Shown here: piece by piece, positions 46,735 to 55,081 of the stretch | Numbering within the stretch: position 1 is the first letter of the stretch | How the letters are laid out: every line of letters begins with the position of its first letter | Assembly: GCA_029260875.1 (NCBI GenBank) | Contig: JAJDCL010000009.1 | Coordinates: forward strand, 103 to 64,102 | Direction of reading: 5' to 3' | Length of the DNA: 64,000 nucleotides | Origin: Candidatus Saccharimonadota bacterium | Lineage (GTDB): Bacteria; Patescibacteriota; Saccharimonadia; Saccharimonadales; OFTM59 | The notes under the pieces: generated by a model | Databases searched by the model: none | Seen by the model: only the letters and a program-made list of their open reading frames with translations | Told to the model about the DNA's origin: nothing | Translations under genes and position numbers: made by a program

Positions 46735-47254
46735 ATTTCCTACCATAGCGCTTTGAAAGCTTCGCCATCTTTGGGCCTAACTTTTTATAAAGAGTTACGT
46801 TTTCAAGGGGTGTGTAGGAGAGCTTTCTGTAGTTCCAAACAGCAAGATCCGGCGAGTCAAAAGGTATACAGTGAAAATGCAAGTGCTCCACAGTGCTCTG
46901 TGCGGGTATACCATCTTTTTGTATTATCTGCATACCTTTAACCTTGTGCGCTTCTCGTATGAGCTTTTTCGCAAGATACATAAACTTGCGCATTGTTTCC
47001 CATTCTTCCGGCGTAAGTTCCTTCACCGAACGTATGTGTCGTCTAGGGATAATCATAATATGCCCATCAATATAGGCGTACAAAGCCACTGTCATTACAA
47101 TGCCATTTTCTTCATTGATAATATACGAGGTGTTCAAGTCGCAAAATACGCACTTCCCGACCGATTGCCAGATCTTGTCGTATGCTTTGCTTGTACGTGC
47201 GTCACGATATGCTATCTGCTTTTTTTTCTCATCAGGCGTTAACTTTTCTAGCAA
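46721..47254 (-). CDS. HIT-family nucleotide hydrolase/transferase
   Basis: Histidine triad HLHFHCIP. Confidence 0.8.
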   Translation of the reverse strand: MLEKLTPDEKKKQIAYRDARTSKAYDKIWQSVGKCVFCDLNTSYIINEENGIVMTVALYAYIDGHIMIIPRRHIRSVKELTPEEWETMRKFMYLAKKLIREAHKVKGMQIIQKDGIPAQSTVEHLHFHCIPFDSPDLAVWNYRKLSYTPLENVTLYKKLGPKMAKLSKRYGRKYGNN

Positions 47255-47257
47255 GGC

Positions 47258-47818
47258 TTATCTCTCCTTAAGCGGATCTTTTCGCAATTCCATGAAATCC
47301 TTAAAAACCTCCCCAAGGTGTCCTCCAATGGCACGTTGCACAATCTTGGTAGTAGATAGACTAGTGGATTGTCGGTCCACAACCTTAACCTTACCACCGT
47401 ACTTGTTGACTGTTTTGTATTCTCTAGAGTTTTTATAGTCTTCCGTCCAGTCCTCTTTGACGGTCATAAAGATATCGGGCTGCAAAAGTCCCAACGAGGG
47501 CTGACAGCTCGGTTCGGGGAGTATCGTTACGAAATCCACGGCGTCCAAATATGTGAGCATCTCTGCACGTATCTTCTCATCCAGGATGGGCTTGTTGGGG
47601 CCCTTTACCTTTTGAATAGCAGAGTTGCTGCTTACGCCAACTACAAGCACGTCGCCCATAGCCTTGCCTTCTTCCAGGTAGCGACACTGGCCTACGTGTA
47701 GTAGGTCCCATGATCCGGCCGTAAAGACGATAGTTTTGCCTTTAGCCTTCAGCTGATCATGCAGAGTCATTAAATCACTTTGCTGGACCAATCTTTTTTT
47801 CCACTGAGCGTTTGTCAT
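47258..47818 (-). CDS. cytidylyltransferase-fold nucleotidyltransferase (RfaE domain II/TagD-like)
   Basis: TAGSWDLLHVGQ matches GxFDxxHxGH except that the last H is Q. VVGVSSNSAIQKVKGPNKPI resembles RfaE-II. Confidence 0.65.
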   Translation of the reverse strand: MTNAQWKKRLVQQSDLMTLHDQLKAKGKTIVFTAGSWDLLHVGQCRYLEEGKAMGDVLVVGVSSNSAIQKVKGPNKPILDEKIRAEMLTYLDAVDFVTILPEPSCQPSLGLLQPDIFMTVKEDWTEDYKNSREYKTVNKYGGKVKVVDRQSTSLSTTKIVQRAIGGHLGEVFKDFMELRKDPLKER

Positions 47819-47839
47819 AGAGCCTCTCCCTATAGCTAC

Positions 47840-48844
47840 TTAAGTCTGTCTTAACATTTGCTTGTTGAATGTAATGATACCACGATGGTCTAATAAGTTG
47901 AGCGTACTAACAAAATGCTCGTTCTGCCACAGTGATTCGTACGGATTGTGTCTTAAAAATTTATACAAATCATGCAGCAGAAAAAGACCTACTAACGGCC
48001 CTAGCAATTTTAGTTCGCCCTTAGAGAGACGTCCCTTGCCGCGTTTTTGGTAACCGCTTGTCAAAAAGTACTTATGTACCTGTGGCTCGGATTTATATTT
48101 GCAATCAACTAATAAGAAAGCCAGTGTACGCGCGACATCTAACACCACTGGCCCGCACGATGATTTTTCAAAATCAAGAATACCGGTGACGGCTAGCTCG
48201 CCACTTTTAGGATTGGTGCCGAACAAAACGTTTCCACGCACATAATCCATATGAAGCGCTTGTTGGCTCGGAAGTTTGTCGCAGCGGTTAAGAAGTTTAG
48301 TGAAATCGGCAAACACCTTAGGCAGTACGCTTAGCCCTAATTTATCCTGCAGAGCCTCCCTGACGTTGTGCCTGTGGAAGTATCGCGACATTCTAGAATA
48401 TGTACGAATGTAATCTTTAGTTGTAGCTGGCAGTGTGACCTGATCCGGCGCTCTGTAGCCAGTCAGTGCAGCATGCATGATCGCCATTGTCTCGCCAAGC
48501 ACTTTAATGTGATCCATTGTGTAAGACTCCCATGGGATTGTCGTTCCAAGCAGATAATTATAGAGTCCAGCATAGCTAGTCCCCCGGGGATTCGACAAAA
48601 CAACTATCCGCTTGTCGAGCGGTTTGCGTGCAGGTAAGCCGTGAAGTGATAAAAACTCACCGATGCTATTAGCAAATCTAATGCGCGCTAGTATGTTTGC
48701 TTCTCGCTTATAAATAATCAAGTTTACAAGTTCGCCACTTTCGGACTTAACGGGGTAGGAGCGGTTGCGGTAACCCCTTTGAAGTGGGCCAATTTCTTCC
48801 CAATTGACTCTGTATTCGGCCAATACAGCCGAGACAACTTCCAT
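47840..48844 (-). CDS. APH/choline-kinase-fold small-molecule kinase
   Basis: Brenner motif HMDYVRGNVLF and ILDFEKS. ATG 48844 has a GAGGAAGGA SD. Confidence 0.7.
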   Translation of the reverse strand: MEVVSAVLAEYRVNWEEIGPLQRGYRNRSYPVKSESGELVNLIIYKREANILARIRFANSIGEFLSLHGLPARKPLDKRIVVLSNPRGTSYAGLYNYLLGTTIPWESYTMDHIKVLGETMAIMHAALTGYRAPDQVTLPATTKDYIRTYSRMSRYFHRHNVREALQDKLGLSVLPKVFADFTKLLNRCDKLPSQQALHMDYVRGNVLFGTNPKSGELAVTGILDFEKSSCGPVVLDVARTLAFLLVDCKYKSEPQVHKYFLTSGYQKRGKGRLSKGELKLLGPLVGLFLLHDLYKFLRHNPYESLWQNEHFVSTLNLLDHRGIITFNKQMLRQT

Positions 48845-48891
48845 TTCCTTCCTCAAGTCTACCATTACAGACAAGTATACAATTATCAAGC

Positions 48892-48922
48892 TTGACTAGG
48901 CTAGGGTCCTAACAGTTATAAT
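48892..48922 (+). promoter_or_regulatory. candidate promoter giving a leaderless thyA mRNA
   Basis: TTGACT (48892-48897), 19-nt spacer, TATAAT (48917-48922), then 6 nt to ATG 48929. No SD. Confidence 0.4.
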
Positions 48923-48928
48923 GCCCTG

Positions 48929-49738
48929 ATGGCACACCCGGAGTATCAGTATCTAAGGCTAATGGCCCACATCCTTGAAAATGGCAAAAGTAAGCCAACT
49001 CGCGGCATTCACGGTATTAAAAGTGTCTTTGGCTATCAGGTCCGTTTTGACCTACGCCAGGGGTTCCCATTACTCACGACCAAGAGGATGCCATTTTCCT
49101 TGCTTTTGCACGAGTTGCTTTGGTTTGTCTCCGGTAGTAGCAATATTGGGTATCTCCAAGAGCACGGAATTCACTATTGGGATGAATTTGCCGATAAGGA
49201 CCTGAACCTAGGGCCAGTGTACGGTGTGCAGTGGCGGCACTGGAAGGCGCGTGGTGGCAAGGAGATAGATCAGCTTGCCTGGGCAATTAACGAAATTAAA
49301 AACAACCCTAACTCAAAAGGTATCTTGGTCAGTGCCTGGAACCCTGCTGAGCTAAAGGAAATGCGCTTACCTCCGTGTCACACGATGTTCCAGTTTGACG
49401 TTACAAAGGGCAAGCTAAGGCTGCAACTTTACCAGCGGTCGTGGGATGTTTTTTTGGGGGCACCGTTTAATATTGCCCAGTATGCTCTGCTATTGATGAT
49501 GGTAGCACATTTAACCGGCCTGGAGGCTCGTGAACTCATAATATCAGCTGGAAATGCGCACCTGTACCGCAACCATATAGACCTTGCAACTGAGCAATTA
49601 AAGCGTAAGCCTTACCCGCTACCCACGCTCAAAATTGTCGGTGACACTAAGGACATAGACAGCTTTACGCCCGAAAATTTTGTACTAGAAAATTATGTCG
49701 CACACCCGCGCATTAAGGCCGATCTAGTTATCCTTTAG
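48929..49738 (+). CDS. thyA: thymidylate synthase (ThyA)
   Basis: Colinear with E. coli ThyA: FPLLTTKR, HELLWF, GPVYGVQWR, catalytic PPCH, YQRSWDVFLGAPFNIA. Confidence 0.97.
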   Translation: MAHPEYQYLRLMAHILENGKSKPTRGIHGIKSVFGYQVRFDLRQGFPLLTTKRMPFSLLLHELLWFVSGSSNIGYLQEHGIHYWDEFADKDLNLGPVYGVQWRHWKARGGKEIDQLAWAINEIKNNPNSKGILVSAWNPAELKEMRLPPCHTMFQFDVTKGKLRLQLYQRSWDVFLGAPFNIAQYALLLMMVAHLTGLEARELIISAGNAHLYRNHIDLATEQLKRKPYPLPTLKIVGDTKDIDSFTPENFVLENYVAHPRIKADLVIL

Positions 49739-50905
49739 ATTCTTATATATCAGCAAGTGCTCGGCGCACATTCTCCCTGCGGTAAAGCGCTGTTCAAATA
49801 CGCTTCTACAAACTTTGCGGCTTATGTATGAAGATTGGTCAAGAGCGGCTGCGAGGCCGCGGACTGTATGGCTGACATCTTGTGGCTTATATTCTATAAC
49901 TAGACCATTGGTGCCGTGCGTAATGACCTCAGGAATTGCGCCAACGTTAAGCCCGATTACTGGTGAAGCGCAGGCCAAAGCCTCTATCATTACCATCCCG
50001 AAGGGCTCCTCATACGTTGATGGCATAATCAAAGCTCGTGCATTACCCAGGAACTCTTGTCTTTTGCTGTCCGAGTCCAAAAAACCAACATATTCTACGT
50101 CAGGGTCGGCTAAGTGTGGCTCAATCTTTTCTTTCCAGTAACTATCCTTTTTGTAGCCCGCATAGTGCTTGCCTGCAAATATAAGTTTATGCTTTTTTTC
50201 GTGTGTAGCGTTGTAATGTTTAATGGCAGCAATTGCTAGGTGTAGCCCTTTATGTTCAATTATTCGCCCGAGGTAGGCGAAATAGTCTGCAGTCGGGTTA
50301 TAGTTCGGCTGGAAACGGTCGGTGCGTATCCCGTGATATATATTGCCAACCCAGTTAGTATTGTCAGGCATGCTGAGCCGCTGCGACAAAGATATTGAAA
50401 GCCAGTTGAGACGGTTGTATTTTGGAAAAGTGTTTTTGTATTTTACCAATAAGTTAAATGGGTCATGGTGTGTTAGTACTACGGGCTTATTACAAAGGCT
50501 TATAAACGGTAGTGCTATGTCCTCTTCGTTCGTATAGATGTGCACGACGTCTAGCTCGTCGTTGTTTGCCATTGAAAACGCCTTGGCGATCAGTTCACCC
50601 TGGACTTGTCTAGCGAGGGAAATAAAGGTTATAGGGTGCTTCTTCAAGAGGTCTATATAGCTGTCCCCTCTCCGCGCAAGTTCTTCCTCGAACAAGCTAA
50701 GATCGGCGCTAATGTTCCTGGCAGAAGTATTTATTGGCCCAGGAGAAAAAAGCGTTATCTCTACCTCGCTCGTTGCCACTAACCCATCACAGATATCAAG
50801 GGCTAGGTTTGCGGGGGCAAAAACGACTTTTGGCAAAATATCACGATGCATAAAGATATGAGGCACCACAAAACCAATCCTCATTCTTGAACTTCGTCTT
50901 TGCAT
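49724..50905 (-). CDS. GT4-family glycosyltransferase
   Basis: EX7E region EEPFGMVMIEALA. An alternative start is ATG 50884 (MRIGFVV). The 3' end overlaps thyA by 15 nt (convergent). Confidence 0.8.
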   Translation of the reverse strand: MQRRSSRMRIGFVVPHIFMHRDILPKVVFAPANLALDICDGLVATSEVEITLFSPGPINTSARNISADLSLFEEELARRGDSYIDLLKKHPITFISLARQVQGELIAKAFSMANNDELDVVHIYTNEEDIALPFISLCNKPVVLTHHDPFNLLVKYKNTFPKYNRLNWLSISLSQRLSMPDNTNWVGNIYHGIRTDRFQPNYNPTADYFAYLGRIIEHKGLHLAIAAIKHYNATHEKKHKLIFAGKHYAGYKKDSYWKEKIEPHLADPDVEYVGFLDSDSKRQEFLGNARALIMPSTYEEPFGMVMIEALACASPVIGLNVGAIPEVITHGTNGLVIEYKPQDVSHTVRGLAAALDQSSYISRKVCRSVFEQRFTAGRMCAEHLLIYKNLKDN

Positions 50906-50916
50906 TATAAGGGTTA

Positions 50917-51009
50917 CTATTCTTCGTTTTCGTCTAGAAAGCTTAGATCCAGCTCTTCGCTGCCCAAATCATTATCATCGTAGTATCCGTCAGCTTCTAA
51001 GTCTGCCAT
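50917..51009 (-). CDS. possible 30-aa highly acidic small ORF
   Basis: MADLEADGYYDDNDLGSEELDLSFLDENEE, with a GGAG SD 7 nt upstream. Below the ORF-track cutoff, and no other support. Confidence 0.25.
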   Translation of the reverse strand: MADLEADGYYDDNDLGSEELDLSFLDENEE

Positions 51010-51092
51010 AACCAATCTCCGTTTATATCTGTTATTATGCTGGGTGTTCAATAAAAAGTAAAGTTGGTGAAGGTAGATTGTCGTGACCATAT

Positions 51093-51887
51093 CTAGGCCT
51101 TTTGCTCCGCAGTCTGAGTTGGTATATATGACTGAGCTGTCTGGTAAAGGTTCTCAAGGCCATTTTGCCGCAAATCCTTCAGAATCTGGGCAGCACAACG
51201 ATTAACGTCCTCAAATGTGCCGTTACTCATAATAGTACAATCTGCCTTTATGTTGTCGCGCTCTCTCTCAGTAGGGTCTAGCATATCGTTTTGTAAATGA
51301 GTTGGACGGTAAACCTTCATAATAATGCCTCCGGCACTGCGAATGGCTGTCTCATCACTAGGGAACCTCAAGCCACCCACTATGCATAGCTTGTACCCCT
51401 TTGTACCTGCTGAGTGAATCTGCCTTATTATTTGGTCAAACCAAATAGTTTGGCTGACACGCTGAACAAGGTACCCACCCAGCCATTGCAAAAATGGCCT
51501 ATAGGTTTCCTTGTTGTAGTGGGATATTTGCTGCTTAGCTAATTGAGGATTGCGTTTCAGGTTTTCTACGTGCATGATGAGCTTTTGGTATTCGACTGGA
51601 TGTTGTTCAATCGCCGCCTGATCAAGTTGTATTTGTTCAAACGTACAATGTACCTGCAAATGTTCTAGCAATATTGCCGGTAAGCTACGTAGCCAAGTAT
51701 TCAACCCCACAACATCGTAAGGGTCAGGGATATCCGTAAGCACACCATGCATCGCGTTGGCCACATCCGCGACTACTAAACTAGTCTCAAGGTGTACCGA
51801 GGACGGCTCGAGCTTTTTGAGCGCATTAGCAAACGTGCTTTTTCCATGCCCAATAGGTCCGGTAAGTCCGATAATAATCATTACCAT
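51093..51887 (-). CDS. P-loop kinase (dNMP-kinase/dephospho-CoA-kinase-like)
   Basis: Walker A GLTGPIGHGKST. GGLRFPSDETAIRSAGGIIMKVYRP resembles the phage dNMP-kinase pattern (from memory). Confidence 0.45.
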   Translation of the reverse strand: MVMIIIGLTGPIGHGKSTFANALKKLEPSSVHLETSLVVADVANAMHGVLTDIPDPYDVVGLNTWLRSLPAILLEHLQVHCTFEQIQLDQAAIEQHPVEYQKLIMHVENLKRNPQLAKQQISHYNKETYRPFLQWLGGYLVQRVSQTIWFDQIIRQIHSAGTKGYKLCIVGGLRFPSDETAIRSAGGIIMKVYRPTHLQNDMLDPTERERDNIKADCTIMSNGTFEDVNRCAAQILKDLRQNGLENLYQTAQSYIPTQTAEQKA

Positions 51888-52037
51888 TATTCTACCAGAC
51901 GCATCCCTGTCCTGCCATCTTCTAAGCTAAAATTAATAACTTGTTCCTGAACATAAAACTGTACGTTTGAGACAGAATATATTGGTTACTAAAAAACACC
52001 ATAAAACCTGGTTTCAAATAAATGCGTTCTGATCTGA

Positions 52038-52274
52038 TTAAAACTCACTATTATACAATGTGACCTTCTGGCCCCCTTGCCCATCGGCAATAATGGTAGC
52101 CAAACCTCCTTCTTCGCCAAAGGGCCATTTGCCCAAAAAGCTTGCTGCAAAATCTACAAGTATTTCCCTAACCGCAGGACCGCCAATTCTTAGCAAAGTT
52201 TCTCTTTCTTCAGCTGAAACGTACAAGCTAGCTCGAAAATCACGGTCTGGTAGCCCCTGGGCAGAAATTGGCAT
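52038..52274 (-). CDS. hypothetical protein (78 aa)
   Basis: ORF only. A 42-aa ORF in another frame (52243-52371) overlaps its start, so a frameshifted longer gene is possible. Confidence 0.4.
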   Translation of the reverse strand: MPISAQGLPDRDFRASLYVSAEERETLLRIGGPAVREILVDFAASFLGKWPFGEEGGLATIIADGQGGQKVTLYNSEF

Positions 52275-52424
52275 AGCTAGCTAGTAAGCCTCTCTCTACT
52301 CTGCCATTGTAATCATCAAGACAAGCTTGAACCACTTCTTGTGTATCCCCATATCTACGCTCGTTATTCATAGAAATAACTATACAGAAGAAAAATTACT
52401 AATCAATTTTCTATTATCAACTTG

Positions 52425-53456
52425 CTAAAGGCTGTTGATGTCGGATAGGTCTATTGCAACCGATGGGCCCATGGTGCTTGTAGTAAAAGCAGAAAGTATA
52501 TAAGTGCCTTTGACGCTTGCTGGCTTGTTGCTTTTGATGCTTGCAAGAATTGCTTTCGCATTTTCAAAAAGTTTTTCTGGCCCAAAGCTGACTTTGCCTA
52601 TACCGGCGTGCACAATACCCGTGCTGTCCACCCGGTACTCAACGCGTCCTGCCTTTGCTTCTGCCACTGCTTTTGCTACGTCTGTCGTAACCGTACCACT
52701 CTTAGGGTTTGGCATAAGACCCTTCGGACCAAGTACGCGAGCATATTTGCCGAGTCTTGGCATCATTGCGGGAGTGGCTACCAGCACGTCAAAATCTAAT
52801 ATGCCTTTATCCAGCTGTTCCAAGAACTCGTCTGATGCTGCAAGATCCGCGCCGGCCTTTTTTGCTACCGCAACATCCTCTGCGTTACCAAATACAGCTA
52901 TACGAATATTCTTGCCTGTGCCCGCTGGCAATACCACCATGTCGCGAACATTTTGATCGGCTTGCTTTGGGTCTACCGACAGCCTGACATGAAGCTCAAC
53001 AGTTGCATCAAATTTAACGATGCTTAGATCCATTACTGTCTTGACAGCTTCTTTTACGTTGTACTGCTTGGATCTTTCAATCTTGGCATAAGCTTCACGA
53101 TAATTTTTACCTCGTCTTTTCAAGCGGTCTTCCGCTGTCCGCTGCTTGGGCTTGACTACAGGCTTTTCTGCTTTTGACTCTGCTTCGGATGCATGTGTGG
53201 CTTTGCGTTCTTCCTTAGCTTGTTTCTCTTGTTCTTCTTTTAGTGCCTTAGCGCTACGCTTGCCTGCCTTTGCTGTTTTTGACTCACTCTTTAACTCAGA
53301 AGTTGCTATTTCTTCTTTGCTTTTTGCTTTACTTGTAGCACTAGCAACTTTTTTAGTAGTCCCATCTTTAGCTTCTTTCTCCGCAATCTTTGCGGCAGTT
53401 TTTTTAGTCTCTACTTTGCCTGATTCTTTAGTACTCTTATCTTTGGCTTCTGCCAT
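52425..53456 (-). CDS. rplA: 50S ribosomal protein L1 with a ~110-aa K/A/E-rich N-terminal extension
   Basis: L1 core from ...RRGKNYREAYAKIERSKQYNVKEAV onward. There is no internal Met near the core start. Confidence 0.93.
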   Translation of the reverse strand: MAEAKDKSTKESGKVETKKTAAKIAEKEAKDGTTKKVASATSKAKSKEEIATSELKSESKTAKAGKRSAKALKEEQEKQAKEERKATHASEAESKAEKPVVKPKQRTAEDRLKRRGKNYREAYAKIERSKQYNVKEAVKTVMDLSIVKFDATVELHVRLSVDPKQADQNVRDMVVLPAGTGKNIRIAVFGNAEDVAVAKKAGADLAASDEFLEQLDKGILDFDVLVATPAMMPRLGKYARVLGPKGLMPNPKSGTVTTDVAKAVAEAKAGRVEYRVDSTGIVHAGIGKVSFGPEKLFENAKAILASIKSNKPASVKGTYILSAFTTSTMGPSVAIDLSDINSL

Positions 53457-53514
53457 AATCTGTCCTTTCGTGGTACAAGCGACTTTCTAGGCCTCCCACA
53501 AATTATTTTATTAC

Positions 53515-53946
53515 TTACTCTTCAACTTCTACACCCATACTACGGGCTGTGCCGGCAACTTGTTTTTTAATTGCTTCTACATTGTCCGTATTCATGTCTT
53601 GCGCCTTTGATTCCGCAATTTCTTGAAGTTGAGATTGACTTAGCTTTTTGCTAATTTTCTCTGTGTTCGGCTTTCCTGAACCCTTGTTTATACCCAGTTT
53701 GGCGCGAATCATGTCGTCAGTTGGTTGGCCAACTACTCGAAACGCCATGGTCCGATCATCATAGACCGTAACATGAGCCGTAACAGTTACGTTACCCAAA
53801 TCACGGGTTTGTTCATTAAACGGATTTACAAAATCCATCATGTTGACACCATATTGGCCCAAAATACTACCTACAGGTGGTGCTGCACTAGCTTTGCCAG
53901 CTGGAAGTTTCATTTTTAGATTTGCTTTTACTTTCTTCTCTGCCAT
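53515..53946 (-). CDS. rplK: 50S ribosomal protein L11
   Basis: KLPAGKASAAPPVGSILGQYGVNMMDF, typical of L11. Confidence 0.96.
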   Translation of the reverse strand: MAEKKVKANLKMKLPAGKASAAPPVGSILGQYGVNMMDFVNPFNEQTRDLGNVTVTAHVTVYDDRTMAFRVVGQPTDDMIRAKLGINKGSGKPNTEKISKKLSQSQLQEIAESKAQDMNTDNVEAIKKQVAGTARSMGVEVEE

Positions 53947-54070
53947 AAAAAAACTCCTCCTTAGGAGTGCGTAACCATTAAAGTCTACTACAAATTACCC
54001 CTGTTGTCCAGCCCTGGTTTTAGTTTGTGTTGATGAATCTTTACACTCTTCACCAATTGCTACGTACTAA

Positions 54071-54613
54071 TTAAACTCTCTTTACCTGTAAGCTGTCTAG
54101 CTCAACCGGTGTTTCGCGGCCGAACATGTTGACAAGCACTTTTAGTTTGCCTTTCGCAGCGTCAATTTCACTAATTGCGCCATCGAAGCCCTTAAAAGGC
54201 CCATCTGTGATACTTACAACTTCGCCAAGATTGTAGTCTATCTTATGCTTAGGCTCTTCACGACCCATTCGCTTCATGATTTTTTCCATTTCATCGGGAG
54301 CGATTGGTGTAGGCTCTGCGCCGCTACCGACAAAACCGGTTACGGATGGCGTGTTACGGACGATATACCACGCGTCCTCAGTCATTTTCATTTCAACCAT
54401 TACATAACCTTGGAAAATACGCTTTTCAACTACTTTCCGTTTGCCGTTCTTTACTTCTATCATTTTTTCTTTAGGCACAATTACTTGAAAAATCTTGTCT
54501 TTCATATCCAGACTATCGGCGCGTTGGCGAATAGACTCGGCAACCTTTTCTTCATAACCGCTGTATGTATGGATCGCGTACCAGTTTTTTTGTGAATCGT
54601 AGCGCTTATTCAT
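54071..54613 (-). CDS. nusG: transcription termination/antitermination factor NusG
   Basis: WYAIHTYSGYEEKV NGN domain and a C-terminal KOW (GEVVSITDGPFKGFDGAISEID). Confidence 0.96.
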   Translation of the reverse strand: MNKRYDSQKNWYAIHTYSGYEEKVAESIRQRADSLDMKDKIFQVIVPKEKMIEVKNGKRKVVEKRIFQGYVMVEMKMTEDAWYIVRNTPSVTGFVGSGAEPTPIAPDEMEKIMKRMGREEPKHKIDYNLGEVVSITDGPFKGFDGAISEIDAAKGKLKVLVNMFGRETPVELDSLQVKRV

Positions 54614-55014
54614 TATCTTAATAACACCTTTCTAAATAAATTCTCTATACCTATATCAACCACCCAGATCATCGTCCCAAATACAAGTGCAAATATAAAC
54701 ACAGCGATTGTCAGCTTAGTAGTCTCCTGGCGACTTGGCCAGGTAACCTGACGAAGTTCCTGCCAGGCCTCTGCGAAAAACTTCGGGACAACGCTTCTTC
54801 GCTTGTTCAGTATGCGCCCCAGACGGTTGTCTGGTAATGGCAAGTAGTACTCTTTCTTACCAAAACGATAGGCTGCCTTAATAGGCTTTGCAGCACTGTT
54901 GGCTGTCCGATTAACCCGCCGTGGTCTTTTGTTTACTTGCTTTTTATCGGCGCGTTCGCGTACGGTTTCCGTCTTTTTGACGACCCTTCGCTTCTTTAAT
55001 TTTTCCTCAGCCAT
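54613..55014 (-). CDS. secE: preprotein translocase subunit SecE (long basic N-terminus)
   Basis: C-terminal FFAEAWQELRQVTWPSRQE plus a TM helix. ATG 55014 has a GGAG SD. Confidence 0.85.
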   Translation of the reverse strand: MAEEKLKKRRVVKKTETVRERADKKQVNKRPRRVNRTANSAAKPIKAAYRFGKKEYYLPLPDNRLGRILNKRRSVVPKFFAEAWQELRQVTWPSRQETTKLTIAVFIFALVFGTMIWVVDIGIENLFRKVLLR

Positions 55015-55081
55015 ACTTTCTCCAAATAAAAACATCTACATATCTGTAGATGCGCTCGTGTCAATAGTACGCCCCGGATGA

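Noticed and set aside
52243-52371. 42-aa ORF overlapping the start of the 78-aa gene in another frame, possibly a frameshifted single gene.
   Set aside because: No SD, no recognisable domain in either part, and I cannot judge without homologues. Noted only in the feature evidence.
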